NCBI GenBank assembly: GCA_964019335.1 | Contig: OZ025695.1 | Location: forward strand, 186,001-250,000 | Source of the DNA: Diplonema japonicum | Taxonomy: Eukaryota; Protista; Euglenozoa: Diplonemea | DNA: 64,000 nucleotides | Direction: 5' to 3' | Shown here: positions 12,600-23,183 of the stretch, piece by piece | Numbering within the stretch: the stretch's first letter is position 1 | How the letters are laid out: every line of letters begins with the position of its first letter | The notes under the pieces: model-generated | The model's database searches: none | Seen by the model: only the letters and a program-made list of their open reading frames with translations | What the model was told of the DNA's origin: nothing | Made by a program: the position numbers and the translations under genes

Positions 12600-13976
12600 T
12601 CACAGAGTGAACATCCTCAATGTAGCATCGTCTGAACCAGAAACAACCCACCCGTCTTCATGAGTCGCAAGGCACAGGGCGGTATTGCTGTGGCCTGTCC
12701 AGACGTGGGGTGGTTTGGTGGACATGGCACGTCCTTCATATCTCTTGATTTCGCCTTGGGTGTCCGCAGAGTAGAGGTGTTCACCCGCCCATTTGAGGGA
12801 AACGAACCCAGCCTCCTGCTTGATCTTGTCTCGGACGGTGTTGGACTCAGCGTTCCACATGGACAGGGTGCCGTCCCCGGCAGAACAGGTCGCGAAGTAC
12901 GGGAGGATAGGGCTCACCGCAATGCTCTCCACCGCCATCGTGTGCTCCATCAACACCACGCTGTTCACCTTCTTCTTCGCAATGCCTAGGATCGCCACGC
13001 TCCCGCTTTCATAACCCGCGATCACAACGTCAGCGTTCTTCGGGTGCCCCGCAACCGCTGTCACCCCACAGTCCGGCAGCATGTGCATACCCTTCGCCCT
13101 GATGTCGAAGTGCGCAAGCATCTCAGATGTCTTCGGTGAGAACACCTTCACCGCCTGGTCCTCCGATCCTGTTGCGAGAAGCTTGTTGTCGCTCACCAGA
13201 GCACCGCACGTTACCTGTTTTTTTTTTTTTTTTTTTTTTTTAGAAACACACCTCGGATGCGTGTCCTGCGAACACCTGGAGTACGACGCCCTTGTCGCTC
13301 CACATGACAGACTGCGAGTCAGCGCTCCCCGCAAACAGAACCCTTCCCTTAGGGTGCCAGAATAGGTACGTCACTGCGTCGCCCAGGTCTTCTAATGTGC
13401 TTATGAGGGACCCGTCGGTGGGGTTCCACAGCATAACACGGCCGTCCATGCCGCCGGTGGCGAGGATGGAGCCATCGAAGGAGAAGGCAACGCAGATGAC
13501 AGTGTCGGTGTGGCCTGTTAGCTCGAACAGGGGTTCGACATCTGTAGGTCCGGGGTTCGAGGGGTCCACCTTCCACAGGAACGCCTTGTCGTCCTCACCG
13601 CCGGACGCAACCAAAGGCAAGCTGGGATGCAGCGCCACGGCGTGCACCGCCTCAGTGTGCTTTTTCAGTACCGCCGCCGCCATGTCGGGGACGCCTTCTT
13701 CTTCCTCTTCTTCCATGTTCGCGTCGTCGCCCTCCACATCGTCGTCGTCACTCACAGGTGTTTCTTCACCGCCTTCATGCGCAATTTGAACCTAAAAATG
13801 AAAATTGAAAAAAGAAATTAAGGAAAACAAACGGGACGTACCATTCCTTGTTCCTCCAGCTCCTTCAGTGTCTCCATGTCGAGGACCTCCTCCATGTCGC
13901 TCGCCTCGGACTGGCTGTCCACGTCCATGCCCTCCTCGTCCTTGGGGATCTCGGGGGTCGGGTCGGCACCAGACAT
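12600..13976 (-). CDS. SQT1: WD40 protein, SQT1/AAMP-like ribosome assembly factor, 3 exons (13976-13842, 13791-13252, 13214-12600)
   Basis: Acidic N-terminus; SGGEDDKAFLW, GHTDTV, ATGGMDG, WHPKGRVLFAGS; spliced junction FAGHASE-VTCG. Confidence 0.85.
13215..13251 (-). other. 37-nt poly(A) GT-AG intron
   Basis: GTGTGTTTCT-A24-CAG; repairs a frameshift inside a WD repeat. Confidence 0.92.
13792..13841 (-). other. 50-nt GT-AG intron, conventional pyrimidine-rich
   Basis: GTACGT...TTTTTAG; joins the ATG 13976 exon in phase 0. Confidence 0.85.
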
Positions 13977-14101
13977 TTTTTTTCTCTTCTTTTTTGATGT
14001 GTAATGCGCTGCCTTAAGGGAGATAGGACGACCTGTCTGGTGGGGGGGGGGGGGGAAAAAAACGTAAACTTCCCTCCCCTGCTGGAAAGCGGGGAAGGGT
14101 T

Positions 14102-15517
14102 CTAACGGGCGGCGATGCGGAGCATGAACATGCCGAAAGCGTCGAGTGTGAGCTCCCCTGCAGGGGTGGCGTGTGCGTCGACGAATTCATTGAGACGTTT
14201 ATCGAGTGGGACTCCAAAGCGCTCCAGACAGCCGTCCATGAGCATTATCTCAGACCTGCTCAGCACGCCGTCGTGATCCACATCCAGGTCGGAGAAGAGC
14301 TTTTCGATCATCTTTTCGCTCAGAATTTCCGCTGCTGTGTTGTACTCATGCCAACCTTCGATCGTCTCAACGACCTTCCGCCGTACCTCTTCGATGCCCA
14401 CAACCTCCTCCTTCATCTCAACAAGGTCCTCCTGCGTCTCTTCAGGCAGCACTCCGTTCAGTTCCTTCAACGCAGTAATACTCCGTTCATTGTGCCGCTC
14501 CCAATTATCCATTGTTTCGCTGAAACCGCGAATGTTGTTTTGAATCGGTAGCATCTCCCCGACCTGTCTCAGGTACGCGGTTGCTGCAAGCGTCCATTGG
14601 TAAAGCACGTCAAGCGCAGGGGAGGCTGCCTTCATAACGGAGGTGAGTGTGATGGTGTCAACGAGATCAAAGAGCAACGCGCACCTGTCACGAGAGTACA
14701 CGATGGTGTTGGCGTTGAGAAGCGCGAAAGAAAAAGCGGCACACGACGGTTGGAAAACCGTGGAGAGGATGGTGTCCCACGAAGGGGAGTCGTTGAAGGT
14801 CGGCGCTGTGATGAGGTACGCCGCAGCGCATACTTTTTCGACCACAGGCAGCGGGTCAGTGGCCATAACTGCGTCAAAGTCAGTACAGTGATGAAGTGAC
14901 TTGGCTTGTGTTTTACGGTTTTCTATGCATTCGTCGAGAAGTCGCTTATCCTTTACTAGAGTGGCATGGGCTGCCAGGTACTCCTCTTCCAGGACGTCTT
15001 TCAGCATTTCAGTGTGGCGGACAACCTGTATAAGAGTCTTTTGTTTTGCCTTCAACACCCTTTGCCACAGTTCCGAACAGTCCCTCTCCAGTACGCCTTC
15101 TATTATGCCAGAGAAGGCGCTTAATAAAGGTAGGTTCAGGCTTTTCATAGTGCCTGAATCGACGTAGCCGTAATATTGCTCGTTGTAGGGTATGGGCCAC
15201 GGGTTGCTCAGGATTTCGAATAGTTTTTCTTGTCGGGTGTGTGTGAGGGAGTGCAAGGAGACGGTTCGGCTTGCTTTTAGAAGGTGTCTGCTGCTGCTGT
15301 ACAGCGCTTGGAGCGTGGTCTCCGACAGGCTGTTCATATTTGTCAGCGGGAGGCTCAAAAAGGTTCCCAGGACTTCCATCACGTTCGTGTACAAATCAGG
15401 AAGATCGGAAAACCGCAGCCTGTGTACTATAACCGACACGTTCACAGGCGGCGGGTCGGGAGCCTCGGGCAGCAGTCCCGCGATCTCCCTGCGAGCATCT
15501 TCATCGTCAATGTCCAT
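14102..15517 (-). CDS. Protein with dynein-stalk/microtubule-binding-domain-like region and C-terminal EF-hand
   Basis: DPLPVVEKVCAAAYLI, PSWD and KAASPALDVLYQWTLAATAY flanked by coiled coils; EF loop DVDHDGVLSRSE. Confidence 0.65.
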   Translation of the reverse strand: MDIDDEDARREIAGLLPEAPDPPPVNVSVIVHRLRFSDLPDLYTNVMEVLGTFLSLPLTNMNSLSETTLQALYSSSRHLLKASRTVSLHSLTHTRQEKLFEILSNPWPIPYNEQYYGYVDSGTMKSLNLPLLSAFSGIIEGVLERDCSELWQRVLKAKQKTLIQVVRHTEMLKDVLEEEYLAAHATLVKDKRLLDECIENRKTQAKSLHHCTDFDAVMATDPLPVVEKVCAAAYLITAPTFNDSPSWDTILSTVFQPSCAAFSFALLNANTIVYSRDRCALLFDLVDTITLTSVMKAASPALDVLYQWTLAATAYLRQVGEMLPIQNNIRGFSETMDNWERHNERSITALKELNGVLPEETQEDLVEMKEEVVGIEEVRRKVVETIEGWHEYNTAAEILSEKMIEKLFSDLDVDHDGVLSRSEIMLMDGCLERFGVPLDKRLNEFVDAHATPAGELTLDAFGMFMLRIAAR

Positions 15518-15731
15518 TTTCTTTTTTTTTTTTTTTTTTTTTTCCGTCTTGTCTCTGTGTACTTTTTTTTTTTTCCAGGAAAAAAAAAAAAAAAAAAAAG
15601 GAGAAAAAAAAAAAAAAAAAAAAAAAGCAGTGATTTCACGTCACGTGCTTTCCTTTTTTTGTTTCTCTTTTTTCTTTTTCTGACACTGTTTTGAAGAGAA
15701 AACGAAAAAAAAAAAAAAACCACCCCCCACC

Positions 15732-16448
15732 CTAGAACAATTCCTTTTGGCCCGGTGCGCGGACGAACAACTCGTTGCTTTCTTTTACGATCTGGTTCGC
15801 CTCGTCACCTATGATCCCACGAACCTCACTGTCGTGTAGCTGTTGCTTCCGAAGATCCGACATGATTCTGAAGTACTCTGCTGGGGCATCGTTGCTTTTG
15901 GGTGCCACGTCATCTGCCGCCATCCTCTCCTCGTACTTTTGCCTGGCCAGGGAAGATCCAGGAACAGGGATATTGTCCCCGTAATGGGAAATCAGACCTT
16001 TTTGGTCAATTTTCTTCCAGCTGACCACCTGCTCCTCATACGTGGGAGCAAAAGCTTTCAAATAGTACTCCCCCGTGTAGTCCACCACCCTTTGAATGAA
16101 CGTGAAGTTCCTGCTCCCAAGCATCACGATGGCGAAGATAGGGATCAACAGGTAAAAGATAATTTTCCCAATTTCCAATGGTGCGTACGCCCCGTCTGCG
16201 CGAAGCCAGTCAGGGAGGCTTTTGTAGTATTCCGGTTCCAAAGGGTTGTCGAGCTCTGTCTTAATCCCCGTTCTTTTTCTGAATTCTGATTGCATTCGCA
16301 GTTTCTGTGCCGGCCCCGCCGACGCTCTGAAGTCCTGCTTTTTCTCCTCCTTTTCCCCTTTGAAAAATCTCGTCACCCTGTCTTTCAACGACTGTCTTTG
16401 GATCTTCAATCCCAGCGTCGCCCTGATCTTTCTACCTATCACTGACAT
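15732..16448 (-). CDS. Hypothetical single-pass membrane protein
   Basis: 238-aa ORF with one hydrophobic segment (IIFYLLIPIFAIVMLG) and a basic N-terminus. Confidence 0.7.
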   Translation of the reverse strand: MSVIGRKIRATLGLKIQRQSLKDRVTRFFKGEKEEKKQDFRASAGPAQKLRMQSEFRKRTGIKTELDNPLEPEYYKSLPDWLRADGAYAPLEIGKIIFYLLIPIFAIVMLGSRNFTFIQRVVDYTGEYYLKAFAPTYEEQVVSWKKIDQKGLISHYGDNIPVPGSSLARQKYEERMAADDVAPKSNDAPAEYFRIMSDLRKQQLHDSEVRGIIGDEANQIVKESNELFVRAPGQKELF

Positions 16449-16642
16449 TTTCTTTTTTTTTTTTTAAAGCCTCCTGTCCGAAAATAATGCAAAACTAAAA
16501 AAAAGGGGGGGGGTAACTAAAAAATAAAAAAAAAGTACGTAAACAGGGACCCAGAGAGGTGCATGCCATATAAAATTCCATTTTTTTTTTTTTAAATTCT
16601 TTTCCTTCTGTTCTTGTTTCACACTATTTCGCGAGGGTCATC

Positions 16643-17713
16643 TCAGATAAGCTCTTTGGGCCACTCAAAACATTTCCCGATCTCGGCACAGTGCTCTTTC
16701 GACACGTACCAGTCGTCCATGTGCTCCCCAAAGAACCTAGAGTAGCCTCGAGAAGTGAGGATGTCATAGATTTGCTGCCGTTTGCCGGGTACAGCATTGT
16801 GCTCCACAGCAACGACCTTGGCGAGGGGAGGGGTGTTCTTGAGGACTAAGACCTCAGCACCTTCAACATCTAGAATCCATATGTCGGGGATCACATCAGA
16901 GTGCCCGGTAGCATGCCTGATGAGATGGTGAAGAGGCACGCAGGTTGCTGTTACATTAGCGCCACTGTCCACATCTTCTGATTCCTTGCTGAATTTTCGG
17001 ATGTTTCTCACGTGGTCCATGGAGATAGTGTCGGCCAACCCCCCCAGGGCGCCGTGCATGAGAAATGTGGCGGAGTGGACTCCATCGTAAATCGGCAAGC
17101 AAGATTGAGACGCCCATGCGTTTCTGTTTAAAGTCTTCAACCTGGCAAACAGCCCCGGGTTCGGTTCCACCAACAGCCCCTTCCAGTTCTTCTTGCTCTC
17201 CAACCATATCGTGTGGCTTTCCCTGCACCCGTCGTGCCCGCCCGATTCGATAAAAAACCCGTTTTCCTTCCTCCCGAACAGCTCCCATATGAACTGGTGC
17301 ATCGTGCCTTCTTTTTTAAACAGCGCGCGGGATTGAACAAGCTCCTCTGCGTCTTTCAGGGTGAAGCTCGATTTTAAAATCCGGAATTTTTTCTTGCTCT
17401 TTCGTCTCTTGCCATTTGCGTAGTACGCTGGGGGCAGTTCGCCGTCTTGCGCATATACGCAAGGTGGGTCAAGTGAATATGCGCTGCCTCCGCCAGATGG
17501 GGGAATGAGAGTTACATTAGACGGTATTGCCGCCTTTGTGCTTAGAAACTGCGCGAACATAGCAGTGGGCGGTTTTTCCTTTCCCGTCTCGACGGACGAG
17601 TCGGCTGCTGTTGTTTTCACAGCGCCCTTTGGATCCTTTTGTGAAAACTCCATGTAGGCGATGACGGCTGTCACGAACAGAAGTGCTGTTATCACGGTCC
17701 CTTTGGTTGTCAT
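16643..17713 (-). CDS. FkbM-family (Methyltransf_21, Star-like) methyltransferase, type II membrane
   Basis: N-terminal TM segment; GFFIESGGHDG, WKGLLVEPNP, LDVEGAE, VEHN. Confidence 0.88.
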   Translation of the reverse strand: MTTKGTVITALLFVTAVIAYMEFSQKDPKGAVKTTAADSSVETGKEKPPTAMFAQFLSTKAAIPSNVTLIPPSGGGSAYSLDPPCVYAQDGELPPAYYANGKRRKSKKKFRILKSSFTLKDAEELVQSRALFKKEGTMHQFIWELFGRKENGFFIESGGHDGCRESHTIWLESKKNWKGLLVEPNPGLFARLKTLNRNAWASQSCLPIYDGVHSATFLMHGALGGLADTISMDHVRNIRKFSKESEDVDSGANVTATCVPLHHLIRHATGHSDVIPDIWILDVEGAEVLVLKNTPPLAKVVAVEHNAVPGKRQQIYDILTSRGYSRFFGEHMDDWYVSKEHCAEIGKCFEWPKELI

Positions 17714-18008
17714 CTTTTTTTTTTTTTTCCTCGTCCCCCTCCTTTTCCACCCACTCCCCCTTTCAATTTTTTTTTTTTAATAGAGGACCGACTCGAAGGT
17801 GCTACGGGTAGACTTTCGTTTTTGGCCAAACGCGGGTGAGGAAAAAACCAAACGATGCAGGACAACCTGAGGAGGAAAGCAAAGTAAAAAAAGAAAAAAA
17901 AAAAAAGGGTACACTTAAAAAAAAAAAAATTCTTTCTTTTCTGAAAAAAAAGAAAAGAAAAAAAAAATCCGGGATTTTTTTTTTTTTTTTAAAAAAATTA
18001 TTTGATCA

Positions 18009-19305
18009 TCACTCAGCCCCCTCTATCATCTGATCCTCGTGATCGAGAGGTGTCCATAAACGGACTTTGAACTCATCCCCCGCCGCGACAAATGGCGCCA
18101 CAGGCGACAACGCGAGCGCACGGATAAAATGAGTCTCCGACACAGCAGAAGTGCTTGGGGTGACGTGCAAAGTGTCTGTCATGTTGCGGTCGATGACAAG
18201 CGGCTTGGATTTCGACGCAAGTATCGCAGTGACGGCCTCTTCGTGAGCCGTGAACCGCGCGATGGCCTTATGCCGGATCTGTTTCGGTCTCCCGAACATG
18301 GACAGGCATTTGTACGTTCGCGTGTCGAATATTCGTATACAGCTGTCCTTCCCCGCGGTAAGGATTTGGTTCCCGGTTTTGCTATACTGCACCGAGGTGA
18401 CCTCCGCACCCGAATGACACATTTCGATGGGCATCACAACCCACTTTGGTTGGGAAGGGTCCCATATTTTCATAGTCCCGTCTGAGGTACCGGACACGAA
18501 CGTCCTTCCGTCCGGAGAAAAATCGAGCGCGTTAACAAACCCTGCTGTTGAGCTGCCATGATCGCTGATGGGATCGGGGGCTCTGAATGCTTTTTCTTGC
18601 CGGATGTCCCAGAGGCGGACCTTTTTTTTTTTTTTTTTTTTTTTTCCCCCGTCATACCACTGGGTGATCGGTTCCTGAAAGAATGTGGAACCCACTAGGG
18701 TGCATAGCCATGGTGTTGACGCTGTGGTCGTCTTTGAAAATTGCAATGGCTCGCTTGGATCTCGGTAGTGTGTAGTTAAACATTCTTATGGCACCGTCCC
18801 TGCTTGCTGAGAAGATCACCGACGCCCTCGGTGAGAAGCCAACATCTTCGATCGACTGTGTTGCTTCACCGTAGACCCTTGTTAAAGCTGTTGAGGACGC
18901 GGACTTTGCTTCTCCTTTGTATGTGAGCATCTTGGACACGAGGAAGAGATGGGTCCCGCCTGTGGCGTCGCCTGCGAGTAGATATTGCCCGTCTTGGGAA
19001 AATTGAAGGGATTTGATGAGGGTGCCGTTCGCCGCGTAGAATCTGTTTATCATCTTTTCGCCTTGTCCGAAGTACGAGTATACTGTGTTCCAGGTGTCTA
19101 GCTTCCGTGCTCCTTCCTGTCCAACGTCGACTTCCATCGATTTCGCCACCATTGTCTCGAGTGTGTTCTCTCCTACCTCCTCAGATGACACTGCTGTCAG
19201 CGTGTCCTCACCTACATTCTGTGCGGTCGACGCGTAGCCGTCGTATTTCATTTGTTTTATAATCATGCGATACAGGTCGCGTTTGTCGCCCGTGGACGCC
19301 ATCAT
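18009..19305 (-). CDS. CSTF1: Cleavage stimulation factor 50 kDa subunit (WD40), 2 exons (19305-18658, 18620-18009)
   Basis: Dimerisation motif LYRMIIKQMKYDGY; WD repeats; spliced junction SGTDHPV-VRLWDI; GNQILTAGKDS. Confidence 0.88.
18621..18657 (-). other. 37-nt poly(A) GT-AG intron
   Basis: GTATGAC-G5-A24-G; no pyrimidine after position 7. Confidence 0.92.
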
Positions 19306-19589
19306 TTATTTATTCCTTTTTTTTTTTTCTCCTTTTCTAAAGGGTTAAACACCAATACGGGTGGTATGTAAAAGAATAACAAGGAATATACTAAAGAAGA
19401 GAGAGGGGGGGGGGGGGGGGGGGCAATCGAGTCAGAAAACGCATGCTAATTATTTTCGTTGTTTTTTTCTTTCTATTTGTCCGCACTTTTTATAAAAACC
19501 CCCCCTCTTTTTGTTTCTAATTGAGACAGTGTGTGTGTCAGGGGGGGGAGGGGGAAATGGGGAGAAGATAATACAAAAACAAAATCATA

Positions 19590-19623
<34 letters not shown>

Positions 19624-19685
19624 TTCCCATTCTCATTTCCACCCCCTTCTCTCGTTTCCTTTTCGTTCACAGTCGTTGTTGTCTT

Positions 19686-22600
19686 TTATACGTCTTGTTC
19701 GGCGTTTGCTTGCGACAAGCTGACGAACGTGCTGGCCTTTGACGCCCTCGAAGGTTTCTTGCTGGACCACAAATCAGAGATGGAAACTACGGTGGAGGCA
19801 GGTGAATCCGCAGGGGAGGCAGCAGAAGCCGCAGAAGAAGGGCTGAGTACATTATGCTTCGGCCTGTGCACAGCCCAATGCCCTGTTGGGTGTTTAGCTG
19901 TCACAGGAAACTGGGTGTGCGTGAGCTCAGCCTCAGTCGTCAAAAAGGCAGGCTCTTTGTGCATGACTGCGGACTTGACTCTCTCAGGCGGGAAGATCAC
20001 AGGTGTGGAAGGAACTACAAAGTCTTGAACGACCTCTTTCTTTTGCAAATAACGACCGCCCAGCGATTCCAGCAAAATTTCCCTCACAGTGTCGTCCAAT
20101 AGGGGATTGTCGACTGTCTTTTTAACTGTCTCGAACAGGTCCTTACTCCTCGCCTCTGTCTGACTTAAGCATGCCTCCAGCTGTGCACGCACTGCGGTGC
20201 TGATCACACCACCAAACTCAAGCAACACCCGCCGTACAGCAACTTTGGGTAAGTGTACTTTTTTTTTTTTTTTTTGACATACGTTGTACTGGAGTCGACG
20301 ACGTCAGCGACAGTTCCTCGACCTTCCCCAACTGTTCCTTCAGCTCCTTGACCTCTTTTCTCGCGTTGATGGCTTCAAGCTCAAGGCGTTCGATTTCAGA
20401 TTGAAGCTTCTCGGTCGCTTCCCCAAGCCAGCCCTGCGTCGTGGTCGACTCCCCTGCAGGGGAGTTCTCCGTCATCCCAAGCGATTTTTCTAAAAGCGGC
20501 ATTTCGAGATCTTTGGTTGGCTCGGGAGCGTCAGGTTCTGGTGAGCCTGGCATGTCCCGTTGAGAGCGGATCAATATACCGTCGTTGTTGAGGACGAAGA
20601 TCTCGTAGAGTAGAGGGAGGGAGCGCTCCCCAGGTGAGAATGTCAAGAGGCTCGATAGTGTGAGGGTCCTCTCGTTCCGCGGCCCGCGGAGCTTTCGAAT
20701 GACGGCGTTCCACAACCTCTTGGGAAGGCGCAGCTCGCTCGGCGGAAGGTCCCTCACAATGTCTATCACGTTGCGGACGTTGTTCGTGAGGTTTGCTGCG
20801 ATGACAATGTCCTCCAACGTGAAGGACACGTCCCACTCACTCGCCGAATCACCCGTCCCAAAAATATGCCTTAGAAACGCCAGCTTCGCGGTCATGCAGT
20901 AAAACGGCAACGGCACGAAGAACAGCAAACACCCTATCCCCGACACCGCCAACCCCGTCCTTGCCATGATGTGCCGCATCTGCTGCATGGACGACCGCTG
21001 GTTGGAATACTTCCTGAAGGCGTGCATCCACTCCTGAGGGAACCACCCTATAGGAATGGTTCGGAACAAGTGCGCACCAAGCACTTCATCGGGCAGCATA
21101 GCGCTCATCCCTATCAAGCCTACTTTGTATGCGGAGTACAGCAAATGAGCCCCGACAGCCATCAGCAAGAACAGTTCGGCCCATAACATGCATAAGATAG
21201 AGAGGTTTAAGTTAATCGAAGGGTTGCGGTCAGGCCGCTTCTGCCAAGCTAGAATAATACTGATCGTGTTCAGGGAAGCTGCGCCGATCTTGATCCAGAA
21301 CGAGGTCATCCTGTCCCACGTGACGTGCTCCCCCAAAGGGTACAAGGGTTCGATGTCAATTGAAGCTCTGTTCTTTCCTCGGAACTGTTCGAATGTCGAC
21401 CGCAGTTGGTCGCGCCACCCATCAGGGACCAACGCCACGCCGCAAGGGCACTGCGGCAGCCTACGGAGACGTCGTTCAGTTCCAAAAGTGTCGACCCACG
21501 ACTTGGTCTCCGTCACCTTTGGTATGAAGAATAGCTTCCTCCTGCACTCCACACACATTGTCCTACCCGTCTGCTCGTATTTTTTCTTCCCTTTTACCGT
21601 GCTTTGTTCTTCCAACGCTGCACTGGCACGCAGCGTCACAACCAACGTCCCCAGCTTTCCCTTGTTCCGTCTCATCAACGCGATGTCGCCGGAGTTGCCA
21701 GGGCGTGCGGTCAGTTTCAATGGAAGCTCCTTGCTTTTCGATATAAGCTGGGTTATCTCAGTGGGCTTCAAGGAGACCTGAGCATAACCGAGGAAGTCAT
21801 GCTCGCCAAGACGGTCATCGTCGTAGACCACAAAGCGGAGACTGATAGACGTGTCGGGTGTGAGGTCCAGTTTGAAACGCTCGTTCCACACGGGGTTGAG
21901 GTTCTTGGGAAGGGCAGCGGTGCGCATCTTGTCCTTGGTGGGCACGACGCCCACAGCCTCAAACACGACGTAAGGGTCGCTTGTCCCAATGGCGTCGGCA
22001 GCGATGAGATCTTTCGCGCAGTTGATGGCAACCTCTATCGAGGCAGGCGTGCTCGAGATCAACCCCAGCTCTTGGATGAGCATCGCGAACTCGGTTCTGT
22101 CGATCACACCGTCACCGTTCTCGTCCAGCTTCTTCAACAGGTTCTCGAACGACTCCAGATCGTTCACGCTGAGCCTGTTCTGCAGTTCCTTGTTCGTCCT
22201 GAAGTACCCTTCGATTTCCTTTGCGGACAGCACACCGTCGCCATCGATGTCGATGAGGTTGTACACCTTGTCCCATTCTGCCGCGATGGCCTGTTCAGCG
22301 GTGTCCTCTTGCTGCCCGCTGCCAGGCCCGCCCATGGCGACGACGCGGTTGCGTTGATACTCGAATTCGAACACGCGGAAGTCCTCTTCCTCTTCCTTGT
22401 CACCGCAGAAGACTGTTGAAAAGTACGCCCCATCGACACCGAAGTGCCAATGGAAACGGACGTCAGTGACATGCCGTAGCTTCCCGTCTGTGTCGGAGTC
22501 GTTGTAGAACTGCTGTATCTCTGTCTTGAGTTTCGAGTCGAAATCTTCGTTCCTCCTGCACCTCCCCGAGGCGCCGCATGAGCAGTACTTCCGTTCCATG

Positions 22601-23019
22601 TGGTGTGCGAATGTTGACTTTTCCAAATCGTGTCCTTTGTGGCAAGAGTTTGCGCACACAGAACAGCATCCCATCTCGGAGATCCCATAGCACGTCCTGC
22701 ACCGCCACCACTCCTGGTCGATGTTCCTTGTCAACGTTGCACCGAACGTGCACTTCTTCTTCTGCACAAGTGTTCTGAGAAGGTGCTTGATGCGAAGGTC
22801 TTCCGTGGCGTTGAACCTGTTAGTCGCAAACCGTATCATGAATAGCCCCACCACGGTCACCAGCAAGGACGCCCCCAACGCGATAAAAAGCGCTGCTTCC
22901 CAATCGAACTCGCAGTGCACCGCCAAAAACTCCGGAAAAGACCCCCATGAGAACCGACAGTCAGGAGCCGGTACCACAGGCGGGGCGGCAGGGACAGCCT
23001 CCGGAGTGGTGTTGGACAT
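19686..23019 (-). CDS. Multi-pass membrane protein with UBR-box zinc finger, 2 EF-hands, C2 domain and coiled coil, 2 exons
   Basis: UBR box CTF...WWRCRTC...CCSVCANSCHKGH...YCSCG; EF loops DIDGDGVLSAKE and DENGDGVIDRTE; C2 motifs GTSDPYV, LNPVWNE, VYDDD, DFLG. An intron near 20243-20282 joins ORF 19686..20228. Confidence 0.82.
20243..20282 (-). other. 40-nt A-rich GT-AG intron (alternative in-frame 25-nt form 20258-20282)
   Basis: GTATGTC-A17-GTACACTTACCCAAAG; joins PVQ-LAVRRVLLEFGG. Confidence 0.8.
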
Positions 23020-23183
23020 GTGCCCACCCTGCACCGCCTGGTAGTGGATGGACAGCCATAACAACAGTTAAACAAAAAAAAAAAATAAAAGCTCACTATG
23101 ATAGGGGGGGGACTGTTTATAAACTCACCCATAAAAGAAAAAGAGATATCACAGGTATTCACAAGCCTTCTGTAAAGGAGACC

